31,184 nt of DNA from a virus (lineage: Duplodnaviria > Caudoviricetes), in the IMG/VR virus record IMGVR_UViG_3300047672_000038, positions 1 through 31,184 of that record, one strand, 5' to 3'. Both the position numbers and the translations under genes were made by a program. Positions 16,186 through 24,236 of the stretch are shown here, one piece after another. Each line of letters starts with the position of its first letter. Positions within the stretch are counted from its first letter, which is position 1. The notes below the pieces were generated by a model. The model had not been told where the DNA came from, made no database searches, and saw only the letters and a list, made by a program, of their open reading frames with translations.

Positions 16186-16527
16186 TCACTGAATTCTTGC
16201 CCGCTTTTTCATGGCTGTGGATAATCCGCCGAGTTGGCCGGCAACCTTGCGCGTGATCGACAGCCGGTCCTGTTTCGACAGATCGCGCTCAACCCGATCC
16301 TGCCGCCAATCGTCATTGAAAAATTTTTTGATCTTCGACTTGTTGCGCCGCCACTCCCGGCGATCCATCCGCGCGATCCGCGCCAGCGCTTCGTCATCAA
16401 TCGGAAGCTTGCCGTGCGCCGTGTAGTGCATCAGCAAATGCAGATAGCCGCCGCTTGCGGTGGCATCCAAATTCATGGTGTCCCGCAGATAATCGCCAAT
16501 GTTGAGATTGAGGAAATAGCGCGGCAT
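16186..16527 (-). CDS. DUF1376/YdaU-family putative replication protein (short)
   Basis: YFLNLNIGDYLRDTMNLDA...GGYLHLLMHY...GKLPIDDEALARIARM...WRQDRVERDL. Confidence 0.8.
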   Translation of the reverse strand: MPRYFLNLNIGDYLRDTMNLDATASGGYLHLLMHYTAHGKLPIDDEALARIARMDRREWRRNKSKIKKFFNDDWRQDRVERDLSKQDRLSITRKVAGQLGGLSTAMKKRARIQ

Positions 16528-16531
16528 GGCA

Positions 16532-17026
16532 TCAGCCGACCAAGATCAACGGCGCAATATCATGCAGAGCACAGTGAGGGACAAACCAAGCTGGCGGCCG
16601 GCCGCCGTGATTTTTCAACCAAGCATCATTACGCGCGTCGAATGCCATCAGATAACCACGGACGCGGAAATCCGGCGCGCGGCCAGTAACCAGGACAAAG
16701 CAATGATCCGGATTATCGCCGGGCCGCACATACAATTCGTAACTGTGCCGCGAGCGTGTGCGGACCTGTATCGTCTTGCCGATGTCGGGGGCCTTGAAGA
16801 TGTTCACGGTAGGCGACCAAAAGCGCCCCATCACTTTTGCTGCCGCTATCTCACCACATGCGCCTTCGATGTGGATATTCCAAGCGTCGTCCCGTTCTTC
16901 GTCAAAACCATTCGCCGGATGCAAGCCGTCCGCCATTGAAGCGATATTGCGCATGATCCCGCAATCCGCGCCCATCGACATCTCGCGCTTGGTCAGCGTC
17001 ACTGGCACGCCGAAGTTATCGACCAT
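16532..17026 (-). CDS. Hypothetical protein, possible PD-(D/E)XK-like nuclease fold
   Basis: GACGEIAAAK...APDIGKTIQVRT. Confidence 0.6.
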   Translation of the reverse strand: MVDNFGVPVTLTKREMSMGADCGIMRNIASMADGLHPANGFDEERDDAWNIHIEGACGEIAAAKVMGRFWSPTVNIFKAPDIGKTIQVRTRSRHSYELYVRPGDNPDHCFVLVTGRAPDFRVRGYLMAFDARNDAWLKNHGGRPPAWFVPHCALHDIAPLILVG

Positions 17027-17222
17027 TCTCAACAGCCCGCACGTTGGTATATTTCGGAAGGCGGCTCTTGCGCTTCCCGGCTTCGAAAATGCTTTTCTTG
17101 ACCGTCAGCGTCATGCCGCGCAGCTTGGCGATCACTGGCGCAGTGTCGCCGTCCATTTCGATCAGTTCGGTATCGTGATCCGATCCATGTTCACGCACCC
17201 AAATTGACCAGCGTTTTTTCAT
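17016..17222 (-). CDS. Hypothetical protein
   Basis: MKKRWSIWVRE...; ATGA overlap. Confidence 0.6.
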   Translation of the reverse strand: MKKRWSIWVREHGSDHDTELIEMDGDTAPVIAKLRGMTLTVKKSIFEAGKRKSRLPKYTNVRAVENGR

Positions 17223-17527
17223 GATGCGTCCGGCATCTGATAGGACATCGACAGCAAGAACGGATTGATGCCGTAGCTTGCCCAAAACTCCGCTTCGTTC
17301 ATGGTGTGCTGCTCGCGGTGGTGCCGGCCGCACAGCGGCAGCGCCCAACGGTCTGACGATTTTTCACCGAAGCCTGTTGACCGCTTGCCGTCGTTGATCG
17401 ACCCAACGCGCAAGTGCGCCGCTTCGGTTGATGTGTCGTCGCCGCAGATGCAGCACGGCAGCGACCGGATATAAACCAGGTAGGCGTCATCATAGACGCG
17501 CGGCTGTTTGAAAAACGGTTCAACCAT
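17219..17527 (-). CDS. DUF968-like zinc-binding HNH-type protein
   Basis: YLVYIRSLPCCICG...EAAH...KSSDRWALPLCGRHHREQH. Confidence 0.8.
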   Translation of the reverse strand: MVEPFFKQPRVYDDAYLVYIRSLPCCICGDDTSTEAAHLRVGSINDGKRSTGFGEKSSDRWALPLCGRHHREQHTMNEAEFWASYGINPFLLSMSYQMPDAS

Positions 17528-17705
17528 GCTCGCGCGCCTTTCGTTTACCTTCCTTGAAACCGCGCTTGAATGCTGCGCGGTAGCGCCGCACTGTTGCAAC
17601 CGGCAAGTGATGCTTACGCGCAAGATAGCGATCCGATAGCTTGGTGAAGCCAAGATCGTAGACAAGCTGCCCTGTCGGGGTTTTCCCGTAGAGAGTTTCA
17701 GGCAT
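17520..17705 (-). CDS. Hypothetical protein
   Basis: MPETLYGK...; GAGGG SD. Confidence 0.5.
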   Translation of the reverse strand: MPETLYGKTPTGQLVYDLGFTKLSDRYLARKHHLPVATVRRYRAAFKRGFKEGKRKAREHG

Positions 17706-18174
17706 GTTCCCTCGCCTTCCATGCCTGATATTTACTATCGAGATCAAACCACAGGATGCGGGCATCGGTGGACTTGTCGAGATCGCCGCGCGTCAGCACA
17801 TGGCAGATTTCCCGCACAGCCCATGCCGCACTTTCTTCGTCGCGCGTGTCCCGACACTGATACACACTCTCCCGCAGGAACGCCCAAAAGGTTGGTTCCT
17901 TGCAGCGGATGCCGGCCTGCTTGACCGGGCCGAGCGCTCGCCACTTGTCGCGATCCTGCGCCTTGTGATCGACCGGCGTTTCATCGTCGTTGATCTCAAC
18001 CAGGACACACTGAAAGCGCGTGCCCATCGGCGCGGTGGCGATGCGCTGATCCATATCGACCGCCTGCACGGTGAAGCGCAATTGCCAATCGCCGGACTGA
18101 CGTTGCGTCAACCCGTCTTTCTTGCATTCGAATGAGATCGCGTTAGCTCTCGCCTGTTCCGCTGGCTGTTGCAT
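17698..18174 (-). CDS. Hypothetical phage protein
   Basis: MQQPAEQ...QAGIRCKEPTFWAFL...VREICHV. Confidence 0.7.
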   Translation of the reverse strand: MQQPAEQARANAISFECKKDGLTQRQSGDWQLRFTVQAVDMDQRIATAPMGTRFQCVLVEINDDETPVDHKAQDRDKWRALGPVKQAGIRCKEPTFWAFLRESVYQCRDTRDEESAAWAVREICHVLTRGDLDKSTDARILWFDLDSKYQAWKAREHA

Positions 18175-18355
18175 CGAACATATCCCCTTGTATGGCGACA
18201 GGGCCGCGCTTGTGCGCTTTGATTTCGGATCGGATTTCGGATGCGTGCCAGCCGGCAATTTCATATTCGATGCCGTCGATCACCAGCCAGCCGGTGATCT
18301 GCGGATGCTCTTTCGAAAACAGCAGAGCGCCGTGCAGTTCGGTTTTGGACATCAC
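18143..18355 (-). CDS. Hypothetical protein (SSB-like fragment)
   Basis: HPQITGWLVIDGIEYEIAGW, reminiscent of DUF736-type OB proteins. Confidence 0.5.
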   Translation of the reverse strand: MMSKTELHGALLFSKEHPQITGWLVIDGIEYEIAGWHASEIRSEIKAHKRGPVAIQGDMFDATASGTGES

Positions 18356-18600
18356 CGCTTCCCGTTCAAGATTTCCGACACGCGCCCGCCATTCGGAAGG
18401 CCGACAAGATTGGCGATCTGATGGTGTGACTTGCCAAGGCGTGCAAGCCGCCTGACCTCGCGGCGCAGCGCTTCGGTGTAGAGGGTGCGTGTGGACTTAG
18501 CCCGCTTCACGGGCGGCTCGCGCACCATCAACCGCTTTGCATCCCTTAGACTTTGCATCGCGGTATCGAGTAGATCGCGCGCCTGTCTGATGTCACTCAT
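18352..18600 (-). CDS. Small HTH protein
   Basis: KSHHQIANLVGLPNGGRVSEILNG. Confidence 0.65.
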   Translation of the reverse strand: MSDIRQARDLLDTAMQSLRDAKRLMVREPPVKRAKSTRTLYTEALRREVRRLARLGKSHHQIANLVGLPNGGRVSEILNGKR

Positions 18601-19279
18601 GCTCCGGTTCCTTCGGCGGAATTTTGGCAACCATCAGCGCTTTCAGAATTTCACGATCACCTTGGCTCAAGCCGTATTTGTTGCGCCCTTCCACCTGTCG
18701 AGGCGAGCGCCACCACGCGGCAAGCTTTTCAGCATCGCCGCCGATTTCTTCGATGGTGCCCTTGCAGCCATCCATGAACACTTCACGCTTGGCCTGCGCC
18801 ACCCGCGCCGCTTCGATAGCGGCTTCGTCGTCCGGCGCTTCATCGCTGACGTTGGCCTGTTCCTTGTCATAGAGCGCCAGCCCAAACGGATTGCCGAAGG
18901 TCATGAGTGCCCGCTTGCGCGCGTCCGTTTCCGCTTCCTTGATTGCGCTTTCATGCGCCTGCCCAAGATCGACATCGATGCCGTGGCCGGCCCCGGTACC
19001 GTCACGCGTAATCTCGCCGGCAATGACGCGGACACGGGCGGTGTAGGTGACGCCCCACCCAGGGCGCTTGGCTTCGCCAATCTCGCGTTCCTTTTCGGCA
19101 ACGCAGATAATTTCTATTGTCGATGACGACCAGCCGTCAAAACCAAAAATCCGGTTGGCTTCGGCAATGACGTGCCAGCCTTCGACATAGGACACATTGC
19201 GACCGCCCTGCTTGCGTCCCTTGACGTGCGCGCGGGACAGTGGGGCTTCCAGAAGCGCTTTCTGATCGCCGCTAAACAT
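18593..19279 (-). CDS. Rad52/22-family single-strand annealing recombinase (Sak-like)
   Basis: VSYVEGWHVIAEANRIFGFDGWSS...AIKEAETDARKRALMTFGNPFGLALY. Confidence 0.9.
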   Translation of the reverse strand: MFSGDQKALLEAPLSRAHVKGRKQGGRNVSYVEGWHVIAEANRIFGFDGWSSSTIEIICVAEKEREIGEAKRPGWGVTYTARVRVIAGEITRDGTGAGHGIDVDLGQAHESAIKEAETDARKRALMTFGNPFGLALYDKEQANVSDEAPDDEAAIEAARVAQAKREVFMDGCKGTIEEIGGDAEKLAAWWRSPRQVEGRNKYGLSQGDREILKALMVAKIPPKEPEHE

Positions 19280-19646
19280 CAGCGCGCTCCTGAAAGTCGC
19301 CGCACCAATCATACGCGGAGGTTCTGGGCCAGTCGGAATACGCGCCCTCTACACTTTCGAAGCCGTAATCAAAATCCTTGCAGTGTTCGACGTTGGCTAG
19401 TTCTTCGATTGACCACGCAATCAGCCCAAGAGCTTCGGCGCTGTGGTGATGTACGATGCGCGGTGCATGGCGATGACATGCGCCCTCATTGTCCTCGCCC
19501 ATATCGCGCTTGTCGCGGAGATGCCGATCTATCTCCCAAAACCAACAACACTCGCAGCGTGTCGCATAGCCGTTCGGCCGGCGTGCGCGTTCGGCGTCGA
19601 TCTCCTGACGGATTTTTCCCATCCGGTCGTCTACGGCTTCGCTCAT
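19272..19646 (-). CDS. Hypothetical Cys-rich protein
   Basis: CECCWFW...GACHRHAP...WPRT...DWCGDF. Confidence 0.7.
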   Translation of the reverse strand: MSEAVDDRMGKIRQEIDAERARRPNGYATRCECCWFWEIDRHLRDKRDMGEDNEGACHRHAPRIVHHHSAEALGLIAWSIEELANVEHCKDFDYGFESVEGAYSDWPRTSAYDWCGDFQERADV

Positions 19647-20143
19647 TTCACCGTCACCACGACAGAGGGCGGGGAATTCGACAGCACCAGCCCTTCAATG
19701 ACGGTGCCGGCCTTCATGGCTTCCTTGATGGCGGCCTTGTCCGGCTCGCGCTTGATGCGGCACAATTCATCGGGAAGCTTTGCCGGGTCCGGCTCGCCAA
19801 TGATCTGCTGCGGGTTGTTGCGCAGATAGATCGTGGCTTCCGCCAGTTCGATCTTGCGCAGATCGGCAGCGGCAAGGATCGACATCATCAGGGCGCGCGT
19901 AAATTCCAGCCGGCGATCAAAGCGCTCTGCCCTCGCCTTCAAATTGGTCTGCTGCTGCTTGGTGGCGTCGCGCAGCGCGCGGGCATCCTCGCCCATGCGA
20001 ATGAGATCGGTCAGGACATCGGTGATCGACGTTTCACCGTCCAGCATGTCAGCGCGCAACACTTCATCTTCCGCGATCTCCGGATAGGTGCGGATCAGGT
20101 TTTCGATTTCCTGCCGCAGCGCGTCGGCGTCCTGTTCCCTCAT
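19643..20143 (-). CDS. Siphovirus Gp157-family protein
   Basis: Coiled coil followed by LPDEL...EPDKAAIKEAMKAGTVIEG; adjacent to the annealing recombinase. Confidence 0.8.
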   Translation of the reverse strand: MREQDADALRQEIENLIRTYPEIAEDEVLRADMLDGETSITDVLTDLIRMGEDARALRDATKQQQTNLKARAERFDRRLEFTRALMMSILAAADLRKIELAEATIYLRNNPQQIIGEPDPAKLPDELCRIKREPDKAAIKEAMKAGTVIEGLVLSNSPPSVVVTVK

Positions 20144-20343
20144 TCTTCGATCTCCATCCGGCCCAGGTCGCCGCGATCCAGCACCGCCGACAGATCGTCG
20201 CGGGCTTTCTCAAGGATCAGATGCGCCGAGCGCACTTGGCCCTTCGTCATTTCGTTCCGGAGTATCAGCGCGTCCTGCCGCATGCGCAGAATGCGCTGTT
20301 CCATTTCCGGCGTCGGCTGGCTGTGAACGAGTTCAACGGTCAA
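20140..20343 (-). CDS. Hypothetical protein (start uncertain)
   Basis: Fills the gap and overlaps the Gp157 start (ATGA). Confidence 0.4.
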   Translation of the reverse strand: MTVELVHSQPTPEMEQRILRMRQDALILRNEMTKGQVRSAHLILEKARDDLSAVLDRGDLGRMEIEE

Positions 20344-20560
20344 CGGGCTTACTCCGGATGGTTTCGGCAGCGTGCCGTATCCTGCCAAGCGCCTGCGCCA
20401 GTACATTTTCACACCTGACCAGTTCATCTTCGCCAATGCTTCCAAAGTCGGGCCGCGCCAGCATTGCGTTGGCGTGCGCCACAATGTACCGGGCGGACGT
20501 GGATATCTCGCGCAGATGGTGCCCAACGCCCGCGTCGAATTCTTCTAAGGTCATTGGCAT
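20333..20560 (-). CDS. Hypothetical protein
   Basis: GGAG SD; operon context. Confidence 0.6.
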   Translation of the reverse strand: MPMTLEEFDAGVGHHLREISTSARYIVAHANAMLARPDFGSIGEDELVRCENVLAQALGRIRHAAETIRSKPVDR

Positions 20561-20934
20561 GGCGCGCTCCGTTCTAGGATCGCGTGCGCCACGCGCCGCC
20601 TGATGATGTCGATATCGTCGCGCAACAATTCTTCGACTTCGATGCGGCCGGTGATCTTGAGCACGCCAAACATCACACTGGACTTGGCGCGGTAGCCTAA
20701 GTGTTGGGAGATCGCGCGTTCGCTCATGCGCCCGTGCCGGCGCAGCATGAACGCAATGATGTTCTTGACCAGCGTCGCGCTGCGATCCCCGTGCGCCCGA
20801 TAGTAATCGGGCGGCGTGCCGTAGTGATCGCAGACGGCCTTCTCTACTTCTTCGAACGTCGGCGGGCTGGCGGCAAAGACACGCAAGGGCGAAACATCGT
20901 CCGGCAACAGTGTTTTGATTTCGCCCGCAGACAT
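20551..20934 (-). CDS. DnaA C-terminal (domain IV)-like HTH protein
   Basis: EEVEKAVCDHYG...IIAFMLRRHGRMSERAISQHLG...SSVMFGVLKI. Confidence 0.7.
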   Translation of the reverse strand: MSAGEIKTLLPDDVSPLRVFAASPPTFEEVEKAVCDHYGTPPDYYRAHGDRSATLVKNIIAFMLRRHGRMSERAISQHLGYRAKSSVMFGVLKITGRIEVEELLRDDIDIIRRRVAHAILERSAPCQ

Positions 20935-20954
20935 TGGGGCCGCCTTTCAGGCGA

Positions 20955-21167
20955 TCAGAAGCCTACCTGGTTCCAGAGGCGCGGCGGTGCAATGGCGCGG
21001 CGTCGCCGCAGCGCCCGCTGCATCACGCAATAGGTCTTGGCCGGAAACGACTGCGCCCGGCCGGGCCAATTCTGCGCCTGTTTGATGTTTGCCTGCGTCA
21101 GTTCGCAGACACGGGGAAGGCCGCCAAGGTGTTCGACAACCGCCCGCGCCGATTTAAGCCGCTTCAT
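20955..21167 (-). CDS. Cro-like regulator
   Basis: 70 aa, VVEHLGGLPRVCELTQANIKQAQNW...FPAKTY; divergent from cI. Confidence 0.75.
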   Translation of the reverse strand: MKRLKSARAVVEHLGGLPRVCELTQANIKQAQNWPGRAQSFPAKTYCVMQRALRRRRAIAPPRLWNQVGF

Positions 21168-21185
21168 GGTCGCATCCAAAATTGG

Positions 21186-21230
21186 GAGTAAATAGTACGC
21201 CCAACCTAGCGCGATAATTACGGCCGGCAA
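21186..21230 (-). promoter_or_regulatory. Lytic promoter with operator-like palindromes
   Basis: Minus-strand TTGCCG-N16-TAGGTT, with operators GAGTAA-ATA-GTACGC (21186-21200) and GCGCGA-TAA-TTACGG (21209-21223). Confidence 0.55.
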
Positions 21231-21243
21231 GAGGCATCCTGTC

Positions 21244-21272
21244 TTGATGGGGCAAAATTTGTTTGGTACAAT
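21244..21272 (+). promoter_or_regulatory. Promoter for cI
   Basis: TTGATG-N17-TACAAT with an extended -10 TG. Confidence 0.6.
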
Positions 21273-21371
21273 GCAACTATTAGGAGATAAGACGTTTATA
21301 ATATCGCGTCAGTTTTACAATTATGAGTTAGTGGGGATATTTCTTCACACCAAAATGCAAGGGGAACGCTA

Positions 21372-21770
21372 GTGGTTAAAAAGGTCGAAGGACTAGAAGC
21401 TTACGGCTTCGACATCAAAAAATACCAGCAACGCTTGAAGCTGATGCGCCAGATTGTCAGCGGAGAAAACCAGCAGGACTTTGCTGCGCGCATCGGCGTC
21501 GATCAAAAGCGGTGGAATAATTATGAACAGGGATATCCGATCCCGCGCCACGTCGCGATGATGCTGATAAGCAAGCTGGACGGCATGTCTGTCGAGTGGC
21601 TTTGGTTTGGCAAGGAAGGCAACCTGTCCGCCGACTATCGCGACCGCATCCGAACCGCCGAGACGCTGCAAAACAGGCTGGAAGCAAAGATAAACGGCGC
21701 AGCAAAAGCGCTGCCGCGCGGCAAATCGAAAGCGAAGAAGATAGTTAAAAAACGCAAGAAGCGATCCTAG
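21372..21770 (+). CDS. CI-like XRE-family repressor (no S24 peptidase domain)
   Basis: QQDFAARIGVDQKRWNNYEQG...SVEWLWFG; divergent from the cro-like gene. Confidence 0.8.
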   Translation: MVKKVEGLEAYGFDIKKYQQRLKLMRQIVSGENQQDFAARIGVDQKRWNNYEQGYPIPRHVAMMLISKLDGMSVEWLWFGKEGNLSADYRDRIRTAETLQNRLEAKINGAAKALPRGKSKAKKIVKKRKKRS

Positions 21771-21976
21771 CGCTTCTTTGCTGCCTTGCGCCTTCTTGCC
21801 TTCCGCCTTCTGGCGGGAGGATCGTTCCTAGCTTCGGGAACACGCAGGCCCGGTGCCATTGCATAGGCAAGCTTGAGCGTTGCCTGTGTCTCCTTGAGAT
21901 CGTCCGCACATATACAAACGATATATGCAGCTAACTCGATCCGATTATAATTGGGATCGAACATCAGCCTACCCAT
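21767..21976 (-). CDS. Small hypothetical protein convergent with cI
   Basis: GGGAG SD before ATG 21976; its stop overlaps the cI stop. Confidence 0.4.
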   Translation of the reverse strand: MGRLMFDPNYNRIELAAYIVCICADDLKETQATLKLAYAMAPGLRVPEARNDPPARRRKARRRKAAKKR

Positions 21977-22204
21977 GTCGCGCACTCCCGTACCTCTAGT
22001 TTTTTTAGGGCCGCACCCCCGCACTTTTCTAGTGTCCGAACCAAATAGAAAATCATTACGCCGGCCAACTCGCAACAATTTTATTGGTTCAGTTCCATTG
22101 ACATAAATCAAGGGAAGCAGGGCTGGCGTAATTTTGGCTTTGAAATCTAAAAAATTACGCATAGGCTGATCCCCATTCCACATCCAGGTAAAGGGGAAAC
22201 TGCA

Positions 22205-22546
22205 ATGAACCAGCAAGCCCGCCAAGCCCTGCCCGAAAATCAGATGAACCACACTCCGATCCCGCGCCCCACGCCTGTCGTGCAACGGCCGGCTGCGCCA
22301 TTGCCGGGCGAGCCGCACCGCGACGGGGTTAATGCCATCATCGACCAGATGACCGTTGAAACGTGCGAGAAGATCGCGGCGCTGCATATCCGGCTGGACG
22401 AATTGCGGGAGAAGGTGATTGCAGGGGCCGCCGATGCCAAGGCGATGCTCACAGAACAGGTTTCCGTCCGCACCAAGATCAACGACGAATTGACCCACAT
22501 GGCCCGCGTCATTGACGACATCGCGGCGCGCGGCCGGGACGAATAA
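22205..22546 (+). CDS. Hypothetical coiled-coil protein
   Basis: AAAGGGGAAAC SD; candidate promoter TTGAAA-N16-TAGGCT at 22140-22167. Confidence 0.7.
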   Translation: MNQQARQALPENQMNHTPIPRPTPVVQRPAAPLPGEPHRDGVNAIIDQMTVETCEKIAALHIRLDELREKVIAGAADAKAMLTEQVSVRTKINDELTHMARVIDDIAARGRDE

Positions 22547-22574
22547 GCCCCGGCGCTAGGCGCATAGTCTTTGC

Positions 22575-22603
22575 TTGCGTAATTATTACGCGTGAGGTAC
22601 AAC
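22575..22603 (+). promoter_or_regulatory. xis-int promoter overlapped by a perfect palindromic operator
   Basis: TTGCGT-N17-TACAAC; GCGTAA-TTA-TTACGC at 22577-22591. Confidence 0.6.
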
Positions 22604-22607
22604 CGTC

Positions 22608-22985
22608 ATGTCCGAGCTTCTGACCGCCAAGGAAACGGCTAGCGAGTTGCGGGTTTCGATGCGCCAGTTGCGCGCCTATGTGCGCAGTGGCACGCTCCGT
22701 TACATCCCGAAGGGGCAAGGGGTGCAAAAGGTGCGGCGGCTGTTTGACCGCGACGACATCGAAAGTTTCAATGCCCGGCGCAAGAGGACGGAACAGTGGC
22801 AAGAGAGAAAACGCGCGGCTGGTTTTTCACCGACAAAAGGACGCCGTACATCCAGTATGCCGTCAAATTCGGCAATCGAAGAATTGAAGTCTCGACAGGC
22901 AAAGAACAGATTGCGAAGAAAGACGAAGCCAAGGAAAAACGCCTTGGCTTCGAAGCGGCCAAGGCCAAATACGACGCCAGCGTGA
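22608..22985 (+). CDS. xis: Excisionase-like HTH_17 protein
   Basis: LLTAKETASELRVSMRQLRAYVRSGTL...RRLFDRDDIESF; immediately upstream of and overlapping int. Confidence 0.75.
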   Translation: MSELLTAKETASELRVSMRQLRAYVRSGTLRYIPKGQGVQKVRRLFDRDDIESFNARRKRTEQWQERKRAAGFSPTKGRRTSSMPSNSAIEELKSRQAKNRLRRKTKPRKNALASKRPRPNTTPA

Positions 22986-24019
22986 AGGCGGCAGAGCACG
23001 CCGATCTGGCCGTCCGCACCTTGGGCGAACTGTGCAAGGTCTATTGGGATCGCAAGGGCCAGCCGGTGCGCGAGCGCGACGCGCAGCGCGGCAAGGCCTT
23101 CTCCGCAGCCGATAATCTGGAATGGTCGCAGGCTTGGCTGATTGCCGAGCTAGGCGCGGATTTCGACCTCTTGCAGATCAGCGACAATATCGTGGCCCGC
23201 GTCGTCACCAAACGGCGCGGCGAGCGCAAGAAGGACGGCAAGCTGGTGGCGAACGCGACCGTCAACCGATCCGTGCGCGATCCCCTGCGCAAGATGGTCC
23301 GCTACGCCAAGAAGGTCTTGAAGGTGCCCACCCAGGAGATCGATTGGGGCGAGTTCAAATTGAAGGAACCAACGGAGCGCGTCCGCGATCTGGCTGTGGC
23401 CGAAGAAAATGCGCTGTTCGATGGCATGCGCGATGATTACACCGATGCCGTCGATTTCGCCATCAAGACCGGGCTTCGCAAGGACGAACTGATCCGGCTG
23501 GAATGGTCGCACATCGATTGGGACAATCGCGGCATGTCGATCATGGACAGCAAGGGGCAGGATGCTTGGATGCCGATCCCGGATGCGGCCTTTGCCATTT
23601 TGCTGGCGTTACGTGACATGGCGGACCGTCACCCGTTACGCGTTTTTACCTTCGTTGCGAAGCGCACCCTGCCGGCGCGGGGCTACGTCGCAGGCCGGCG
23701 CTATCCGCTGACCTACAACGGCCTGCGCAGCGCTTGGGACATCATGAGGAAGGCCGCAGGGCTGACCAACTACCGCTGGCACGACAACCGCCACGCGGCG
23801 GCCACGCGCGCCCTGCGCTTCGGCGGCAACCTGCGAGGCGTCCAGAAGATGATGCGCCACGCCGATGTCGCGACCACGGCCAAGTATGCCCATGCGCTTG
23901 ATCAGGACGTGCGCGACGTGATGAATGCCGGTGCCAATTCCGGTCCGGTGCGGTCCGCAGCGGCGAAGGCGGGCGACCAACGGTCCGGACTACGGTCCGG
24001 ACTTAAGGCAGTGAGTTGA
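22796..24019 (+). CDS. int: Tyrosine integrase
   Basis: Catalytic residues present: TGLRKDEL (R), SKG (K), HDNRH (HxxR), MRHADVATTAKY (H, Y). Confidence 0.95.
   Translation: MAREKTRGWFFTDKRTPYIQYAVKFGNRRIEVSTGKEQIAKKDEAKEKRLGFEAAKAKYDASVKAAEHADLAVRTLGELCKVYWDRKGQPVRERDAQRGKAFSAADNLEWSQAWLIAELGADFDLLQISDNIVARVVTKRRGERKKDGKLVANATVNRSVRDPLRKMVRYAKKVLKVPTQEIDWGEFKLKEPTERVRDLAVAEENALFDGMRDDYTDAVDFAIKTGLRKDELIRLEWSHIDWDNRGMSIMDSKGQDAWMPIPDAAFAILLALRDMADRHPLRVFTFVAKRTLPARGYVAGRRYPLTYNGLRSAWDIMRKAAGLTNYRWHDNRHAAATRALRFGGNLRGVQKMMRHADVATTAKYAHALDQDVRDVMNAGANSGPVRSAAAKAGDQRSGLRSGLKAVS
23980..24003 (+). repeat. Integrase arm-type site pair (left arm)
   Basis: ACGGTCCGGACT x2, with degenerate copies at 23941 and 23951; inside the int 3' end. 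Confidence 0.7.
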
Positions 24020-24064
24020 GTTTCTTGTGTGATTTCAAGGCGGTATGCGTGTCAGGGTCAGGCC

Positions 24065-24104
24065 CTCCCAGACTAGTGCGCTAACCGGGCTGCGCCACGC
24101 TCCG
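24065..24104 (-). other. attP identity block: 5' half of tRNA-Pro(GGG), ending after the anticodon loop
   Basis: Minus strand reads CGGAGCG TG GCGC AGCCCGGTTA GCGC A CTAGT CTGGGAG: acceptor 5' strand, D arm, anticodon 5' stem and 7-nt loop. The complementary ACTAG and the T arm are absent. Confidence 0.85.
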
Positions 24105-24125
24105 ACAGGCTTACCGCCTTTGAAT

Positions 24126-24156
24126 TGCTTACGTTTTCCGCGTTGTTCAAGTCAAG
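24126..24156 (-). promoter_or_regulatory. Candidate promoter upstream of the tRNA 5' half
   Basis: Minus strand cTTGACT-N18-TAAGCA, about 20 nt upstream of tRNA position 1. Confidence 0.5.
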
Positions 24157-24212
24157 CCCCAAAGAACGAAAACGAACCGAAAAGGAACGAATAAGCACTG
24201 AAAAGCGCCTGC

Positions 24213-24236
24213 TACGGTCCGGACTACGGTCCGGAC
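24213..24236 (+). repeat. Integrase arm-type site pair (right arm)
   Basis: TACGGTCCGGAC x2, the same unit and orientation as 23980-24003. Confidence 0.75.

Noticed and set aside
19172-20326. 384-aa plus-strand ORF, and other long shadow ORFs (49-522, 2323-2970, 18485-19126, 21767-22498 in full, 29501-30172)
   Set aside because: They are antisense to well-supported coupled genes, have no SD or motifs, and are typical of high-GC shadow frames.
24030-24104. Complete functional tRNA-Pro gene
   Set aside because: The sequence diverges right after the anticodon loop. There is no 3' anticodon stem, T arm (GTTC) or acceptor 3' strand.
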